64,000 nucleotides of DNA from Octopus sinensis (taxonomy: Eukaryota). Below are positions 10,846 through 22,874 of this stretch, piece by piece (the first letter of the stretch is position 1; each line of letters opens with the position of its first letter). A program made the position numbers and the translations under genes. Under the pieces are notes generated by a model. It had not been told where the DNA came from. It made no database searches and worked only from the letters and a program-made list of their open reading frames with translations. Location: the NCBI RefSeq assembly GCF_006345805.1, contig NC_043020.1, forward strand, positions 19,158,001 through 19,222,000, written 5' to 3'.

Positions 10846-11654
10846 TATATATATATATATATATATAAAATAATAATAATTGATGAAGGAAATGGAAGAT
10901 AGATTTAGCACTCATCTTTATTCAGTACAATGACCATTTTGATGGTTGTATATGTTTGTGTGTGTTTGTGTGTGTACTGAAGAATAGCTGTAAATATCTA
11001 TCTCCCAAACTTGGATTAATGGACTTCTTTTGAATATAATATCAATGTTAGACACGTGGTGATGCTATCTGTTGCAAGGTTTGAACTGGTGTTCTTTGAT
11101 CTAGTAACACTGTGCCACTAACCACTCAGCCACTGTTCTGATAAAAAGTTAATAACTTGTTGACCTATACTCAGCACACACCTTGAGATCGTCTTCCTCG
11201 GTGTAAGTACACTTGAACAAACAGATAAATTTGTCGATACGTCTTTTGAGAGAAAGCGCTGCAATTAAAAAGTCACGGTTCAACGCACCTCTGCGATAGT
11301 TAGCGGAGAAATGTCAGCTACAAATCAGTTAATAAGGAAGAGAGAAATTCCATGAGATTATAAGAGACCAGCTTGAACGACCACGTAATTTTGTCTTGGC
11401 ACATTTATGTATAGCATTCCTCAGTTTTCTTGCAAATGCAGTATTATTTGCCAGAATAGCCATTCAGCTGATTGCCTGGATATTTCACTTGTTACCTGAT
11501 TGTCAGAGTAATTAACTTGTTAACTGTTTGTTTGTGAGAACAGTTAATATGTAAAGCAAATCAATTAACTTATTAATTCTTATTCTTATTTTCTTTTTTT
11601 TTTTTTACTTTTTTGTTGCCAGAATTGTCAACCTGTTTGTTAATTGTGAGTGAG

Positions 11655-12062
11655 CTATCAGAGAAGTCCCTACATGGTCATTTAATCTGCTAGAAATAGC
11701 AATTGAAGGTGGCGAGCTGGCAGAAATGTTAGCATGCCGGGCGAAATGCTCAGCAGTATTTCATCTGCTGTTACGTTGTGAGTTCAAATTCCGCCGAGGT
11801 CGACTTTGCCTTTCATCTTTTCGGGATCGATTAAATAAGTACCAGTTACGCACTAGGGTCGATATAATTGACTTAATCCGTTTGTTTGTCCCTTCTGTGT
11901 GTAGCCCCTTGTGGGCAGTAAAGAAATAAGAAATAGCAATAGCAATCATATTTCCCTCAAATCACTCCATGCAATTTTCATCAGGGAAGAATACATTAAA
12001 TGACGTAGTCCAAGATATACTATGCCTGAAAAAAAAAAAAGGCAAAGATGGTCGCAGTTGAA
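11655..12062 (+). mobile_element. Family E repeat interrupted by a family A SINE
   Basis: CTGCTAGAAATAGCAAT before the SINE and AGAAATAGCAAT...TCCCTCAAATCAC...GATGGTC after it. Confidence 0.7.
11706..11928 (+). mobile_element. SINE family A, full length, 12-bp TSD
   Basis: Complete head-to-tail match; TSD AGAAATAGCAAT at 11692-11703 and 11929-11940. Confidence 0.92.
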
Positions 12063-12071
12063 AGTTAACTG

Positions 12072-12270
12072 TTAACATTCAGGATACTCTGTCAAATGTA
12101 ATGCTTCTCTATTCATATTGTTTTTAATTAATCATGCATTAACTCATAGCTTTGTGATTGTTTTTAGAATGACATTGTAGGATAGGTGTAAGAAGCCAGA
12201 TCTGGCTGGTTTGATATTTGAAGTAGGATATTTGGGCTGGATATAGTCGGTTTAAATGCTGAAGCATTTA
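12072..12270 (-). mobile_element. piggyBac-type MITE (family G), degenerate
   Basis: Internal TACTCTGTCAAATGTAATGC...GCCAGATCTGGC...TTTAAATGCT matches the copies at 40605 and 41496. Confidence 0.7.
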
Positions 12271-12362
12271 CTGACTCAGGGTTGACTTGCTACTGACATT
12301 TCCTGTTAAATGCTTGTGGGAACAGTTGAATCTTTTCAGTGTTCATTAATAGGGTTCATCAG

Positions 12363-12420
12363 ATTAATTAATTAATTAATTAATTAATTAATTAATTAAT
12401 TAATTAATTAATTAATTAAT
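12363..12420. repeat. Perfect (TTAA)n self-complementary microsatellite
   Basis: About 14.5 uninterrupted ATTA units. Confidence 0.97.
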
Positions 12421-12449
12421 CTGTTAATTATTACAAATGAATCATTAAG

Positions 12450-12872
12450 ACTGGTTGAATTGGTAGCATGCTGGGCAAAATGCTTAGCAGCATTTTATTT
12501 ATCTTTACATTATGGGTTCAAATGCTGCTGGAGTTGACCTAGTGTTTCAGCCTTGATAAATAAGTACCAGTTGAGCACTGGGGTCAATTTAATAATCTTA
12601 GCCCCTTCCCCAAAATTGCTGGCCTTGTGCCAAAATTTGAAACCAATTACAAATGAAGCTCTATGTGATTGCTTGATCTGCTAGAAACAGCAGCCAACTC
12701 TCCGTCTCCCCTGCCATCTCAATCACATCTTAATTATCCGAAAGAAAGGGAAAACATATTGGATAATGAAGTCTGTATTCTTTGTAAATAGAATGGTTAT
12801 TGGTTAGAATACCATTGATTAAAGGATCTGCATATTAAAAGTGACCTTGGTTTAAACAACAACAATAATAAC
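12450..12872 (+). mobile_element. Degenerate family A variant (about 12450-12645) followed by family E (about 12655-12872)
   Basis: GCATGCTGGGCAAAATGCTTAGC...TTGCTGGCCTTGTGCC; CTGCTAGAAACAGCAGCC...TAAACAACAAC. Confidence 0.7.
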
Positions 12873-13014
12873 TTATTTGACACAGTTGAGAAAATAACCT
12901 GTTAATTATTTTGGGAAAACTCCTCCTGCTTATATTGACAGTGTATCACAGGTAATCTGATGAAATTGCTCTGGTTCTTGTTTCTGTCTACAGGCTACAG
13001 TGGTATATGAAAGA

Positions 13015-13249
13015 AGAAGGCAGCGAGCTGGCAGAAACGTCAGCACGCCGGGCGAAATGCTTAGCAGTATTTCGTCTGCTGCTACGTTCTGAGTTCAAAT
13101 TCTGCCGAGGTCAACTTTGCCTTTCATCTTTTCAGGGTCGATTAAATAAGTACCAGTTACTCACTGGGGTCGCTATAATCGACTTAATCCGTTTGTCTGT
13201 CCTTGTTTGTCCCCTCTGTGTTTAGTCCCTTGTGTGTTGTAAAGAAATA
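13015..13249 (+). mobile_element. SINE family A, full length, 13-bp TSD
   Basis: TSD GGTATATGAAAGA at 13002-13014 and 13250-13262; CpG-rich, near consensus. Confidence 0.93.
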
Positions 13250-13434
13250 GGTATATGAAAGAGGAAGTTCTCTGTGATTGTCTGACTTGCTAGAAATTGC
13301 CAAATCTTTCTCTAATTTAACATTGGGACAGTGCTTCAGCTGCACATGTTCAGCCTGGACTTGTCATTTGACTCATTGGCATAAAATAACTCACAGATAC
13401 ACTCCAGTCTCTACAATACAGGTTTGTTGTATGT

Positions 13435-13585
13435 GAAGGCATATGGCTTAGTGGTTAAGGGTATTCAGCTCACAATTGTAAGGTTATGAGTTCAATCCTC
13501 AGTGATGCATTTTATCCTTGAGCAAGATGCTTTATTTCACATTGCTCCAGTCCATTCAGCTGGCAAAAATGAGCTGTACCTGTAT
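13435..13585 (+). mobile_element. SINE family C, 5' part
   Basis: A-box TGGCTTAGTGG, B-box GAGTTCAATCC, CORE-like CTTGAGCAAGATGCTTTATTTCACATTGCTCCAG. Confidence 0.8.
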
Positions 13586-13589
13586 TCCT

Positions 13590-14130
13590 TTTTGCAGTAT
13601 CTTTGAATCTCAGTCTAGATCTTCCATGGTTTCTTTTTCCCTTGCTTAGTTGGGAGTAAAGAATTTATCTGGGGAGTCTCTTGTTGTCCATCCTGTGTAT
13701 ACGTCTCAACTAACGTAGATTTCTATCAATTTCCATCATAACGAGGCAGAAGAGCACACTAGGGGATTTCTTCATTCTTGATTCTGTCTAATAGAATGTT
13801 ATTCGTGACCTGTCTCAGCTGTCCCATCATATATGTATGTAACTTGTGCCTACTTAAGCTTTGTAAATTGTCCAAGTTTCAGCTCCTTACAACAGGGAAG
13901 AAGGCACTTTAGCCTGGTATATTTATAGACACAGCAAATCAAATAAAAGGCATTGTTGAGAATGCAGTCCAATATTTATATACGACAGCCTTGCAAAAAA
14001 CAGATGGGCTGGTCATGGGCTATAAATTGCCCTCAATTGACCAAGGACTGAATTGAGCCAATGCAGAATATACAAGGTTGAGTCCTTGTGACAACATAGT
14101 CCCAATGCCAGGTTTGAACTGATGACTTGT
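13590..14130 (-). mobile_element. Decayed RTE (BovB-like) LINE, RT C-terminus
   Basis: Minus-strand peptides IYQAKVPSSLL*GAETWTIYK, KLHTYMMGQLR, RVTNNILLDR, IHRMDNKRLPR*ILYSQLSKGKRNHGRSRLRFKD. Confidence 0.85.
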
Positions 14131-14479
14131 GCGTTCCTCTGTTAAATATTTTACCTATTCAGCAAATTTTACCTCTTCATTTAATAAGTAGCAATTAATT
14201 AATTAATCAATTAATTATATCTTTAGTTGCAGTTTAAATAGAAGCTGTAAATGTTAATGAGTTCTAGTTTTAGGGTCAATTAAATTATATTTTATGTGTT
14301 AGGATAGAATGGGGTTGGTGCTTGTGTATGTATGTCTTTCTCTATGTGTAGTATGTGTGTTTATATGTGCACTTGTATGTGTGTTTGTTTGTATATGTTA
14401 CTACATTTCTGTGTGTGTTTGTGTTCATACTTGTGTATGTTCCTCTCTAAGTGTGTGTGTGTTTTTTTTCTGTGTATAA

Positions 14480-14590
14480 ATGATCAGATTTGAGCCTGGT
14501 GCAGCTGCTGGCTCTCCAGACCTCAGTCAAACTGTCCAACTCATTCCAGCATGGAAAACGGACGTTAAACGACGACGATGATGATGATGA
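14480..14590 (+). mobile_element. Family F 3' end
   Basis: GAGCCTGGTGCAGC...CAGCATGGAAAACGGACGTTAAACGACGACGATG. Confidence 0.85.
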
Positions 14591-14879
14591 TAAATTTATA
14601 TGTACATCTGTTTATGTATATGTATGCTCCTCAGTGAATGTGTGCCTCTGGGTATTTTTTTTTTGTAGTGTGTATGTACTTTTGTCAAGTTGCTTTGGCT
14701 CTGTGCATGTAAATATATAAATTTCTGAGTGTATAAATGTATGTGTATGAGATGAGCAAGTCTTGTGATAAAATCGGCTGATGAAACTTGTTTCCAAAAA
14801 TGATTGTGTTATAGAGAAAGAAAGAAACGAACAAAATGTTAATTTGCAATTTATTATTATAACTATAATAATAATATTA

Positions 14880-16185
14880 ACTGACAAGAATCATTAGTAC
14901 ACTGAACAAAATATTTAGTGGTATTTTGTCCATCTTTATGTTCTAGGCTCAAATTGTGTTGAGGTCAACCTTGCTTTTAATCCTTTTAGGGTTGGTAAAA
15001 ATAAGTCCCATTAAGGACTGGGGTCTGTTTCAAAATCAGAAACTGTTATTGGCATGCTGGCAGAATGGTGAGCACACTGGACAAAATTCACAGTGGTATT
15101 TCTGACCCTTTATGTTCGAGTTCAAATTCTGCCAAAGTTGGCTTTTAACTTTTGTTTGTTCAGTGTCAATTAAATGAATACCAATCGACACTGAAGTCAA
15201 TGTAATCCTTCATCTTACTTGCCTCAAAATTGCTGGCCTTGTGCTAAAATTAGAAAGACCATGGTGACTATGGTGGGATGAGAGCTCAGAATGTAATGAG
15301 TCAGAAGAAATGCCACTGAACATTTTGTCTGACATGATGTCTGTTCTTATTTCTTTATTGCCCACAAGGGGCTAAACTTAGAGGGGACAAACAAGGACAG
15401 ACAAAGGGATTAAGTCGATTACATGGACCCCAGTGCGTAACTGGTACTTAATTTATCAACCCCGAAAAGATGAAAGGCAAAGTCGGCCTCGGTGGAATTT
15501 GAACTCAGAACGTAAAGACAGACGAAATACTGCAAAGTATTTCGCCCGGCGTGCTAACGTTTCTGCCAGCTCGCCGCCATAGAATAGACAGCTTTCTGTC
15601 TATTCTAGCAGCTTGCTTCCTTAATAGCAATAATGATAATAAAAATGAAGATTTCAAATTTTGGCACAAGGCCAGCGATTTCAGGTGAAGTTGATTACAT
15701 CGAACCCCCAGTACTCAAGTACTTATTTTATCGACCCTGAAAGGATGAATGGCAAAGTCAACCTCAGTTTATTTTGAACTCAGAACATAATATGGATGAA
15801 ATGCCACTAAGCATTTTCCCTGCTGCAGTAACAATGCTGCCAGGTTGCTGTGCTGCCTTAATAATGATAATGCTTTCTACTATAGGCACAATGCCTGAAA
15901 TTTGTGGGGTGAGGCCTAGTCAATTACATCAACCCCAGCACTTAACTGGTACTTAATTTATTAACCCTGAAAAGATGAGAGACAAAACCAACCCCAGTGG
16001 GATTAGAACCCAGAGCATAAAGGTGGACTTAGTACTACTAAGCATTTTACCCAGTGTACTTAATGATTCTGCCAGCTCTCTAGCTTCAACAACAGCAACA
16101 ATGATGGTGATGATATTGATTTCTAACTTTGGCACAAGGTCATATAATGATTTGACTCAGTATATTACTGGTACTTATTTTGTTA
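14880..16185. mobile_element. Cluster of about 7 family A copies: two degenerate + copies, then - copies including a young one at 15347-15578
   Basis: Repeated GAATTTGAACTCAGAA / GGCACAAGG / CTGGTACTTA motifs separated by (AAT)n. Confidence 0.85.
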
Positions 16186-16829
16186 ATCTGTTTTTTTTTT
16201 GTTTTTTTTAAATTACCTGAATAAGTGTTTTATTGGTTTATATCTATCTATATAGATAATCCAAACAAAAAATGAATATAGACAGCTGTGTGCAATTTGT
16301 TATCCAAAATGAAAACTATAATTGTCACTAAATATGACTAGGGTCTTAGTACATCTACATTGCTAGAAATAAGAGCTAAAAACCTCTAATGCTTTGTTAT
16401 ATATATATACATATATATATGCAATATATGTGCATATGTGTGTGTAGGGATATGTTTATGTATAGATTTCTTTGTTGTTTTGTTGATGTTGTTGTTGTTA
16501 TAGCCCCTGGTCAGTTTTAATGAAAAGGACACAAACATATTTATTTATTCATAAATTGTTTCCATGTTTCTTCAACAATGATTTCAAGCATTGTATGATT
16601 TATATTGAGAAATCAATATTATATGAATCAATGCATAATCTATTTATCTATACACACACACCACATGCACATACACAGAGGCACAAACACATACACACAT
16701 ATATGTACATGCACACACACCAACACATATACATACATATACATATGTACATACATATAGATACACACACATTTATGATTTTATATATATATATATATAT
16801 ATGTTTATATTACAGAGATGTATTTGCAT

Positions 16830-17270
16830 AGCAAGTGACTTGATCTGAGGTCATGTGCTGAAACAAAAACAATTGCAGCATGAGAGATGTTTATAAGCCA
16901 TTTAAGAACACACAAAAATCCATTAGATTCACTTCATTCCCTTCAACATCTACATTTAATTTAATTTAATTTAATTTATTTTAAATGTTGAAAAGAATCT
17001 AACGGTTTTTTTGTGTGTTCTTAAATGGCTTATAAACATCTCTTGTGCTGCAATTGTTTGTATATATATATATATATATATTCATATATAAATGCACGAA
17101 ATATGAAACTAGAAAAACAGCCAACAACTGAAGAAGGGTTGTTCTTTATGTTATTTGTTTTGTTTCCTATTTGTGTCTTTCATTGTTCAAAAAAATAGTT
17201 CATGTTCCATGTACTCACGCTTCGTACTTTTTTGTTGTGTACGTTTCATGATATCCTGTGCCCACATATG
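16830..17270. repeat. Unclassified interspersed repeat containing a fold-back (16867-17059)
   Basis: AAACAATTGCAGCATGAGAGATGTTTATAAGCCATTTAAGAACACAC and its reverse complement about 110 bp downstream. Confidence 0.7.
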
Positions 17271-17314
17271 CATATATATATATACACATATATATACATA
17301 TATATATATATATA

Positions 17315-17420
17315 TCATCATCATCATCATCGTTTAACGTCCGTTTTCCACGCTAGCACGGGTTGCACGGTTCGACCGGGGTCTGGGAAGCCAGGGGCTG
17401 CACCAGGCTCCAGTCTGATC
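17315..17420 (-). mobile_element. Family F 3' end
   Basis: (CAT)n CGTTTAACGTCCGTTTTCCACGCTAGCACGGG...GCACCAGGCTCCAGTCTGATC. Confidence 0.85.
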
Positions 17421-17793
17421 TATACATATATATATATATATATATGTATAGATGTATGTATATATGTATATATATATAATGCGATGATCACACGCTACAC
17501 ACCTTCCTTCCAAGCACTGCTGTAAACAGCACAAGTGAGCTAGAATGTCAAAACTTAGTTTGCGTGCACAGCAGAGTTCAAGGTCAATCTGTGCCAAGCA
17601 GCTTCACTCTGTGTGCTTTTGTGTCATTACTATGGCAACAGTCTGGATACTTACTGATCATACCATGTATATATACACATATATAGTTGCTAATAAGCAA
17701 AAATGTCTTGAGTCCAAAATGTTGCTTTTTCAGAAGGCAAAAAAAAAAAGAGTTTTACCATTCCATAGCAAGGCTGTTGTACAACACTGACAA

Positions 17794-18176
17794 TCTTTCT
17801 ATATATAAAGCTGAAGTTGTCTGTGTATGGCTGGTTTGGTAGCCTTCAACTAACACCATCTCCTCCGAGACCCTGCGGCACAAATTGACCAAAATTGAAA
17901 GTATGATAGAAGAAGGCTTGCTCTTCCTTCCGTAGAAGAAAAAATTCAAATCAGACCATGTTAACACCAAAATTTATTTACATCAAAAAGGTGCTTTTTT
18001 TTCTATGTAAATCCCTATTTTTTGACTGCTGTGTTGCCATTTTTCGGTGTATTTCAACCAGAAAAATGTTCACTTACAGAGAATAACAAGCTACATAATG
18101 CAAAATTTTTACTTTTCAAAAATTCCAATTCTAAAGGGTTGAAACAAACCTGAGCAACGCCCGGTGATACTGCTAG
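17794..18176 (+). mobile_element. Non-autonomous Helitron-like element
   Basis: 5' TC (A|TCTTTCTATATATAAAG), 3' GC-rich CCTGAGCAACGCCCGG then CTAG|T; A/T target with no TSD. Confidence 0.75.
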
Positions 18177-18340
18177 TATTTGATATTTTAGCATCTGAAG
18201 CAGCTGGAGATAAGACAGTTTGACTGAAAGAACTGGCTGTTGCAAGCAAAAATAAAAATTGGAAACAAATGCATTTGGCCAAATTTGAACATACGACAGT
18301 TTAACATAATGACGATGATATATATATATTCTTTTATTAT

Positions 18341-18727
18341 ATTACTTGTTTCAGTTACTTGACTGTGGCCAGGCTGGAGCACTGCCTTTATTTGAAAATA
18401 TCGACCCCAGGATTTATTCTTTCTAAGCCTAGTACATAGTCTATCAGGCTCTTTTGCCGAACCACTAAGTTACAGGGATGTAAACACACCGACAGCAGTT
18501 GTCAGGTGATGGTGGGGGAACAAACACAGATACACGCACACATACACACACACACACATGTGTATATACGATGAGTTTCTTTTAGTTTCTGTCCACCAAA
18601 TCCACTCACAAGGCTTTGGTCAGCCCAAGGCTATAGTAGAAGACACTTGCCCTAGGTGTCACACAATTGGACTGAACCCGGAACTGTGTGACTAGGAATT
18701 AAGCTTCTTACCACACAACCACTGGTG
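18341..18727 (-). mobile_element. SINE family B, near full length
   Basis: TTACTTGTTTCAG...GCCGAACCACTAAGTTAC...CCAAATCCACTCACAAGGC...CTTACCACACAACCAC. Confidence 0.9.
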
Positions 18728-18810
18728 TATGTGTATATATATATATATGTATATGTGTGTGTGTGTGTACGTATGTATATATTTTTATATGCATATAAAC
18801 TATATATGTA

Positions 18811-18844
<34 letters not shown>

Positions 18845-18846
18845 CA

Positions 18847-18877
<31 letters not shown>

Positions 18878-19434
18878 GTATACATACATGTGTGTATCTA
18901 AAGTGTTATATTGTTCATCCCATAAAGTAGAATGAGAGAGCCAATGACCTTTTAATGATTTCTGTAGTCATGGTATCTCATAGATTATAGTGAAAGTTGT
19001 GCAGCAGTGTGTTGAAGACTGCTGTGGTATGCAGTAGACTGCAGTTTTGCTGTTCAATGACGTGCTGTTGTTGTTGTTGTTATTGTTTTATAGCCACAAA
19101 TCTGCTTTACCTGTCTGATTTTCCTGTCTTTCTGTATATATAGGGCTCCATTATCTAAAACACCTTCCTATTTTCATATGGTTTGATCTGATTCACAAGA
19201 ATTTGACTCTTATTTCTAGCTTGTTGAGTATGCCTATAAAGTAGTGAGGAAGAACCTTTTTAGTAGACAGGGTTTAATTATAAATTCATAAGAACTTGTG
19301 AGGATACGTCTCTTGTAAGAAAAAATTAATGGAGTTTCACTTTTTCAGCATTCTTTGTATCCACTCTTACATACATCTTTGAGCATTTATTACTGCCCCC
19401 TAATACTCTCATGAACTTACCCATTGACCCTTTG

Positions 19435-19735
19435 TCATCATCATTTAGCGTCCGCTTTCCATGCTAGCATGGGTTGGACGGTTCAACTGGGGTCTGGGAA
19501 GCCAGAAGGCTGCACCAGGCCCAGTCTAATCTGGCAATGTTTCTACAGCTGGATGCCCTTTCTAATGCCAACCACTCCATGAGTAGTGGGTTCTTTTTAC
19601 GTGCCACCAGCACAGGTGCCAGACGGGGCTGGCAAACAGCCATGGTTGGATGGTGCTTTTTATGTGCCACCAGCACGGGGACCAGGCGAGGCTGGCAACG
19701 GCCATGATTGGCCAGCCTCGCCTGGCCCCCGATTC
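19435..19735 (-). mobile_element. Family F, long copy
   Basis: CATCATTTAGCGTCCGCTTTCCATGCTAGCATGGG...CAGCTGGATGCCCTT...GTGCCACCAGCAC twice. Confidence 0.85.
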
Positions 19736-19894
19736 TGTTTATATTCTCTCTTATACTCATCTTCTTGTACTTTGAGAGTATACTATGGCACCTTATCACT
19801 ACCGTCACTGAGTTCTTTCCAGCTACCCCCATTATGTAGGGTAGCCATTTATCTCCTCTATAGCAAGATACCAGCACCTGTCCCTCTATCAAGT

Positions 19895-20212
19895 GAAGGT
19901 GCATGGCTTAGTGGTTAGGGTATTTGGCTCACAGTTGAATGGTTGTGAGTTCAATACCTGGTGGTGCACTGTGTCCTTAAGCAAGACGTTTTGTTTTCCA
20001 TTACTCCAGTCCATTCAGCTGGCAAAAATGAGGGCCCAGCCTTGTCACACTCTGTGTCATGCTGCATCTCCCAGAGAATTACCTTAAGGGAATGCATGTC
20101 TGTAGAGTGTTAAGCCGTTTGCACATTAATTTTCACAAGCAGGCTGTTCCATCAATTGGATCGACTGGAACCCTCATCGTTGTAGCCAATGGAGTGCCAG
20201 TCATCATGTTTT
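19895..20212 (+). mobile_element. SINE family C
   Basis: GCATGGCTTAGTGGTTAGGG head, GAGTTCAATACC B-box, body ending CTGGAACCCTCATCGTTGTAGCCAATGGAGTGCC. Confidence 0.8.
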
Positions 20213-20650
20213 AGTCCATCAACACCTGGCATAAAGCCACCTTACTCTCCACTCCAACCCCTCTCCCCCATTCAGTTAAGGTACACTTTTTTTTTGTCTT
20301 GCGGGTTCCTAGACAACCTCTCAGGTGCTGGCACTACAGAGAATGCACTCTGTCCACTCTGTACTGCGGGTGTCATTGTAAAGGGCATCCAACTGCATAA
20401 ACCATGTGAAAACGAACATTGAAGCTCGACCAGGTCAAGGTGACTGGGGATGGAGATTGATGCTGTGGATGACCAAGGTGTCTTACTTGTTTCATCTTGC
20501 TTTCTACCCTCCACATGCAGCCACCTTCCTCTCCATTGAACCATGAACATTTCTTCTGCAGAATCTGCCTGATTCAGTCTAGATTCCAGAACTGTCCTGG
20601 TCACATCTTATATTCTTAACAATTTTGTCAGAAACATTTTACTGTTAGTG

Positions 20651-20820
20651 CAGTGGTTCTCAACTGTTTTTAAACCTGTGGATCCGTTTGGTTCCTATTT
20701 TGCTTGGATGGGTCCTCATAGATATTCGATGTTTACAAAATTTCTATTATATTTTTATAATTGTATATTATTAGGAATTCTATGAAAAAGTTATTCAATT
20801 ATTTTGTGTAATGTAAAAAA
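20651..20820 (+). mobile_element. hAT MITE left end
   Basis: CAGTGGTTCTCAAC TIR; related ends at 30367 and 56202. Confidence 0.6.
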
Positions 20821-20869
20821 AAAAAAAAGTTCAACCAGTTTGTTGTTTCATCCTTTAGGAGGAACAGTT

Positions 20870-21085
20870 GTTTGTTCCTTCTTGAGCCATGCCTGGCTTA
20901 TAAGGGCTGGTTTCCTTGGTGTATAGGTTCCCCACCTTGACAGGACACCGGTCCGTCACAGATGAGCTGCTAGATGCAGGAGGAAAGAGTGAGAGAAAGT
21001 TGTGGCGAAAGACTCAGCTGAGGTTCACCATTACCTTCTGCTGAAGCTGCATGGGGCTTAGGTGTTTTGCTCATAAACACATACA
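20870..21085 (-). mobile_element. SINE family D body/tail; further tail fragment at about 22590-22635
   Basis: GTTTGTTCCTTCTTGAGCCATGCCTGGC...GGGCTTAGGTGTTTTGCTCATAAACAC, whose end is the reverse complement of the D copy at 56409. Confidence 0.65.
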
Positions 21086-21091
21086 TTGCCT

Positions 21092-21443
21092 GCAATTTTG
21101 GGGGTGGGGTAAGTCAATTACATTGACCCTGAAAGGATGAAGAGCAAAGTCAGCTTTAGCAGAATTTGAACTCAGAATGAAAGAGCATGAAATACCTCTA
21201 AGCATTTTATCCAGCTTGCTTCAAATTTTGCTAATGTTTCTAACAGCTTGTTTCAAATTTCGACACAAGGCCAGCAATTTTGGGGGTTGGGTAAGTCGAC
21301 TACAGTGCTCAACTGGTACTTATTTTAGTCACCCTGAAAGGATGAAAAGCAAAGTGAAGCTTGATTGAATTTGAACTCAGAATGTAAGGACAAATGAAAT
21401 GCAGCTAACATTTTGCTAACGATTCTGCCAGCTTTGCTGCCTT
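21092..21443 (-). mobile_element. Two tandem family A variant copies
   Basis: GAAAGGATGAA...GAATTTGAACTCAGAATG twice. Confidence 0.8.
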
Positions 21444-21647
21444 ATATTGGTATAATATTAAGGCATCTTGTCACATGGCAGAAAAAAGACATTTGGTTCA
21501 CACCACATATGACCTTCAGTTGGTCTGTTGTGAGACAAGTGGTTCTAAACATTTTCTGGTTGATATAGAAGTCCTTACAGACACTGAGTCAGCTGACACC
21601 CACATAAGAAGACATGTATATATATACATATAGACATACATGTGTAT

Positions 21648-21687
<40 letters not shown>

Positions 21688-22843
21688 TCATGCTTGTTTG
21701 TAAATATGACTGTGTGCACACAAAAGCTTAATAAAATTAGTTTACCCCTTTAGAAAAATGATTTCTCTCCTTACATTTAGCACACACACACACACACACA
21801 TTCACACACATGAACACACACATTCTGTCAAATACACAAAACCCTATTAACAAAATATAATTGAGTCCTTAAGACATGGGTCCTTAAAATTATGAAAGCA
21901 GTACATTCACACACACACACACACATACTAATCAAAATCTAGTTGAGTACCCTTTAGACAAGAGACTCTGCATTACATTCATAGATGCAGACACACACAC
22001 ACACTAACAGGGACATACACATGCCCACAAATTATAAATATCTATCTATCTATCTGTATATATATATATGTATGTATGTGTGTTTGTGTGTGTGTGTGTC
22101 TGTGTGTGTGTGTGTTTACACAGACACAGACACACACACACACATAAATGTCAGTCTACACACTCACACACCCCCACCGAGAGAGAGAGAGAGAAAGAGA
22201 GAGGTATTCATACATGCATTACAGAAATAGTGAGCCATCCATGTCCCTGAAACAGGCTACTTCCTACTCTTCAAGATGGCAGTCAACATGAGTCACTCAT
22301 TTGAGTAGAGCATTAAGTTGAGTTGGAAGAAGAGTTGGTGTGGGTAGTTCTGAATGGTTGGAGATTCACTTTATATTACCGAGACAGTTTTTGCATTGTG
22401 TTCTTAGACAAGTCACTCATTACATATTACCACTTCATTTTCATCCCATGTAACTTTGAATTAGTTGTAAATAGTAAGCACATAGAACTTAAGGTATGTA
22501 GTCGTAAATGTGGTAAGCACAGTCCATCTATCTGTAAGTAGGTACCATCAGGTAGGCACAGTTCAGCCACCTGTTGAAAGGTACCCTGTTTGTTTGTTGT
22601 TTGTTCCTTCTCGAGCCATGCCTGGCTCATAAGGGCCGGTTTCCCGGTTTCCTTGAAAGTTTTAACCAAACAACCCCCTACTCCAGTACTTATATATTTT
22701 TTTCCTCACAGGACTCACACTTGCACAGTTATTTAGTGTCCTTCATTGATTGTGTATTCCTATTGTCTTTTAATAAACTTAAGGACCCCCTGCAAGGTTT
22801 CCTGTCAGGTGACCTGTCTTCTTTATCTCATGCTTTTTTTTTT

Positions 22844-22874
<31 letters not shown>

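Noticed and set aside
17115-17150. CTGAAGA as a hammerhead core
   Set aside because: No downstream GAAA or stem II arrangement.
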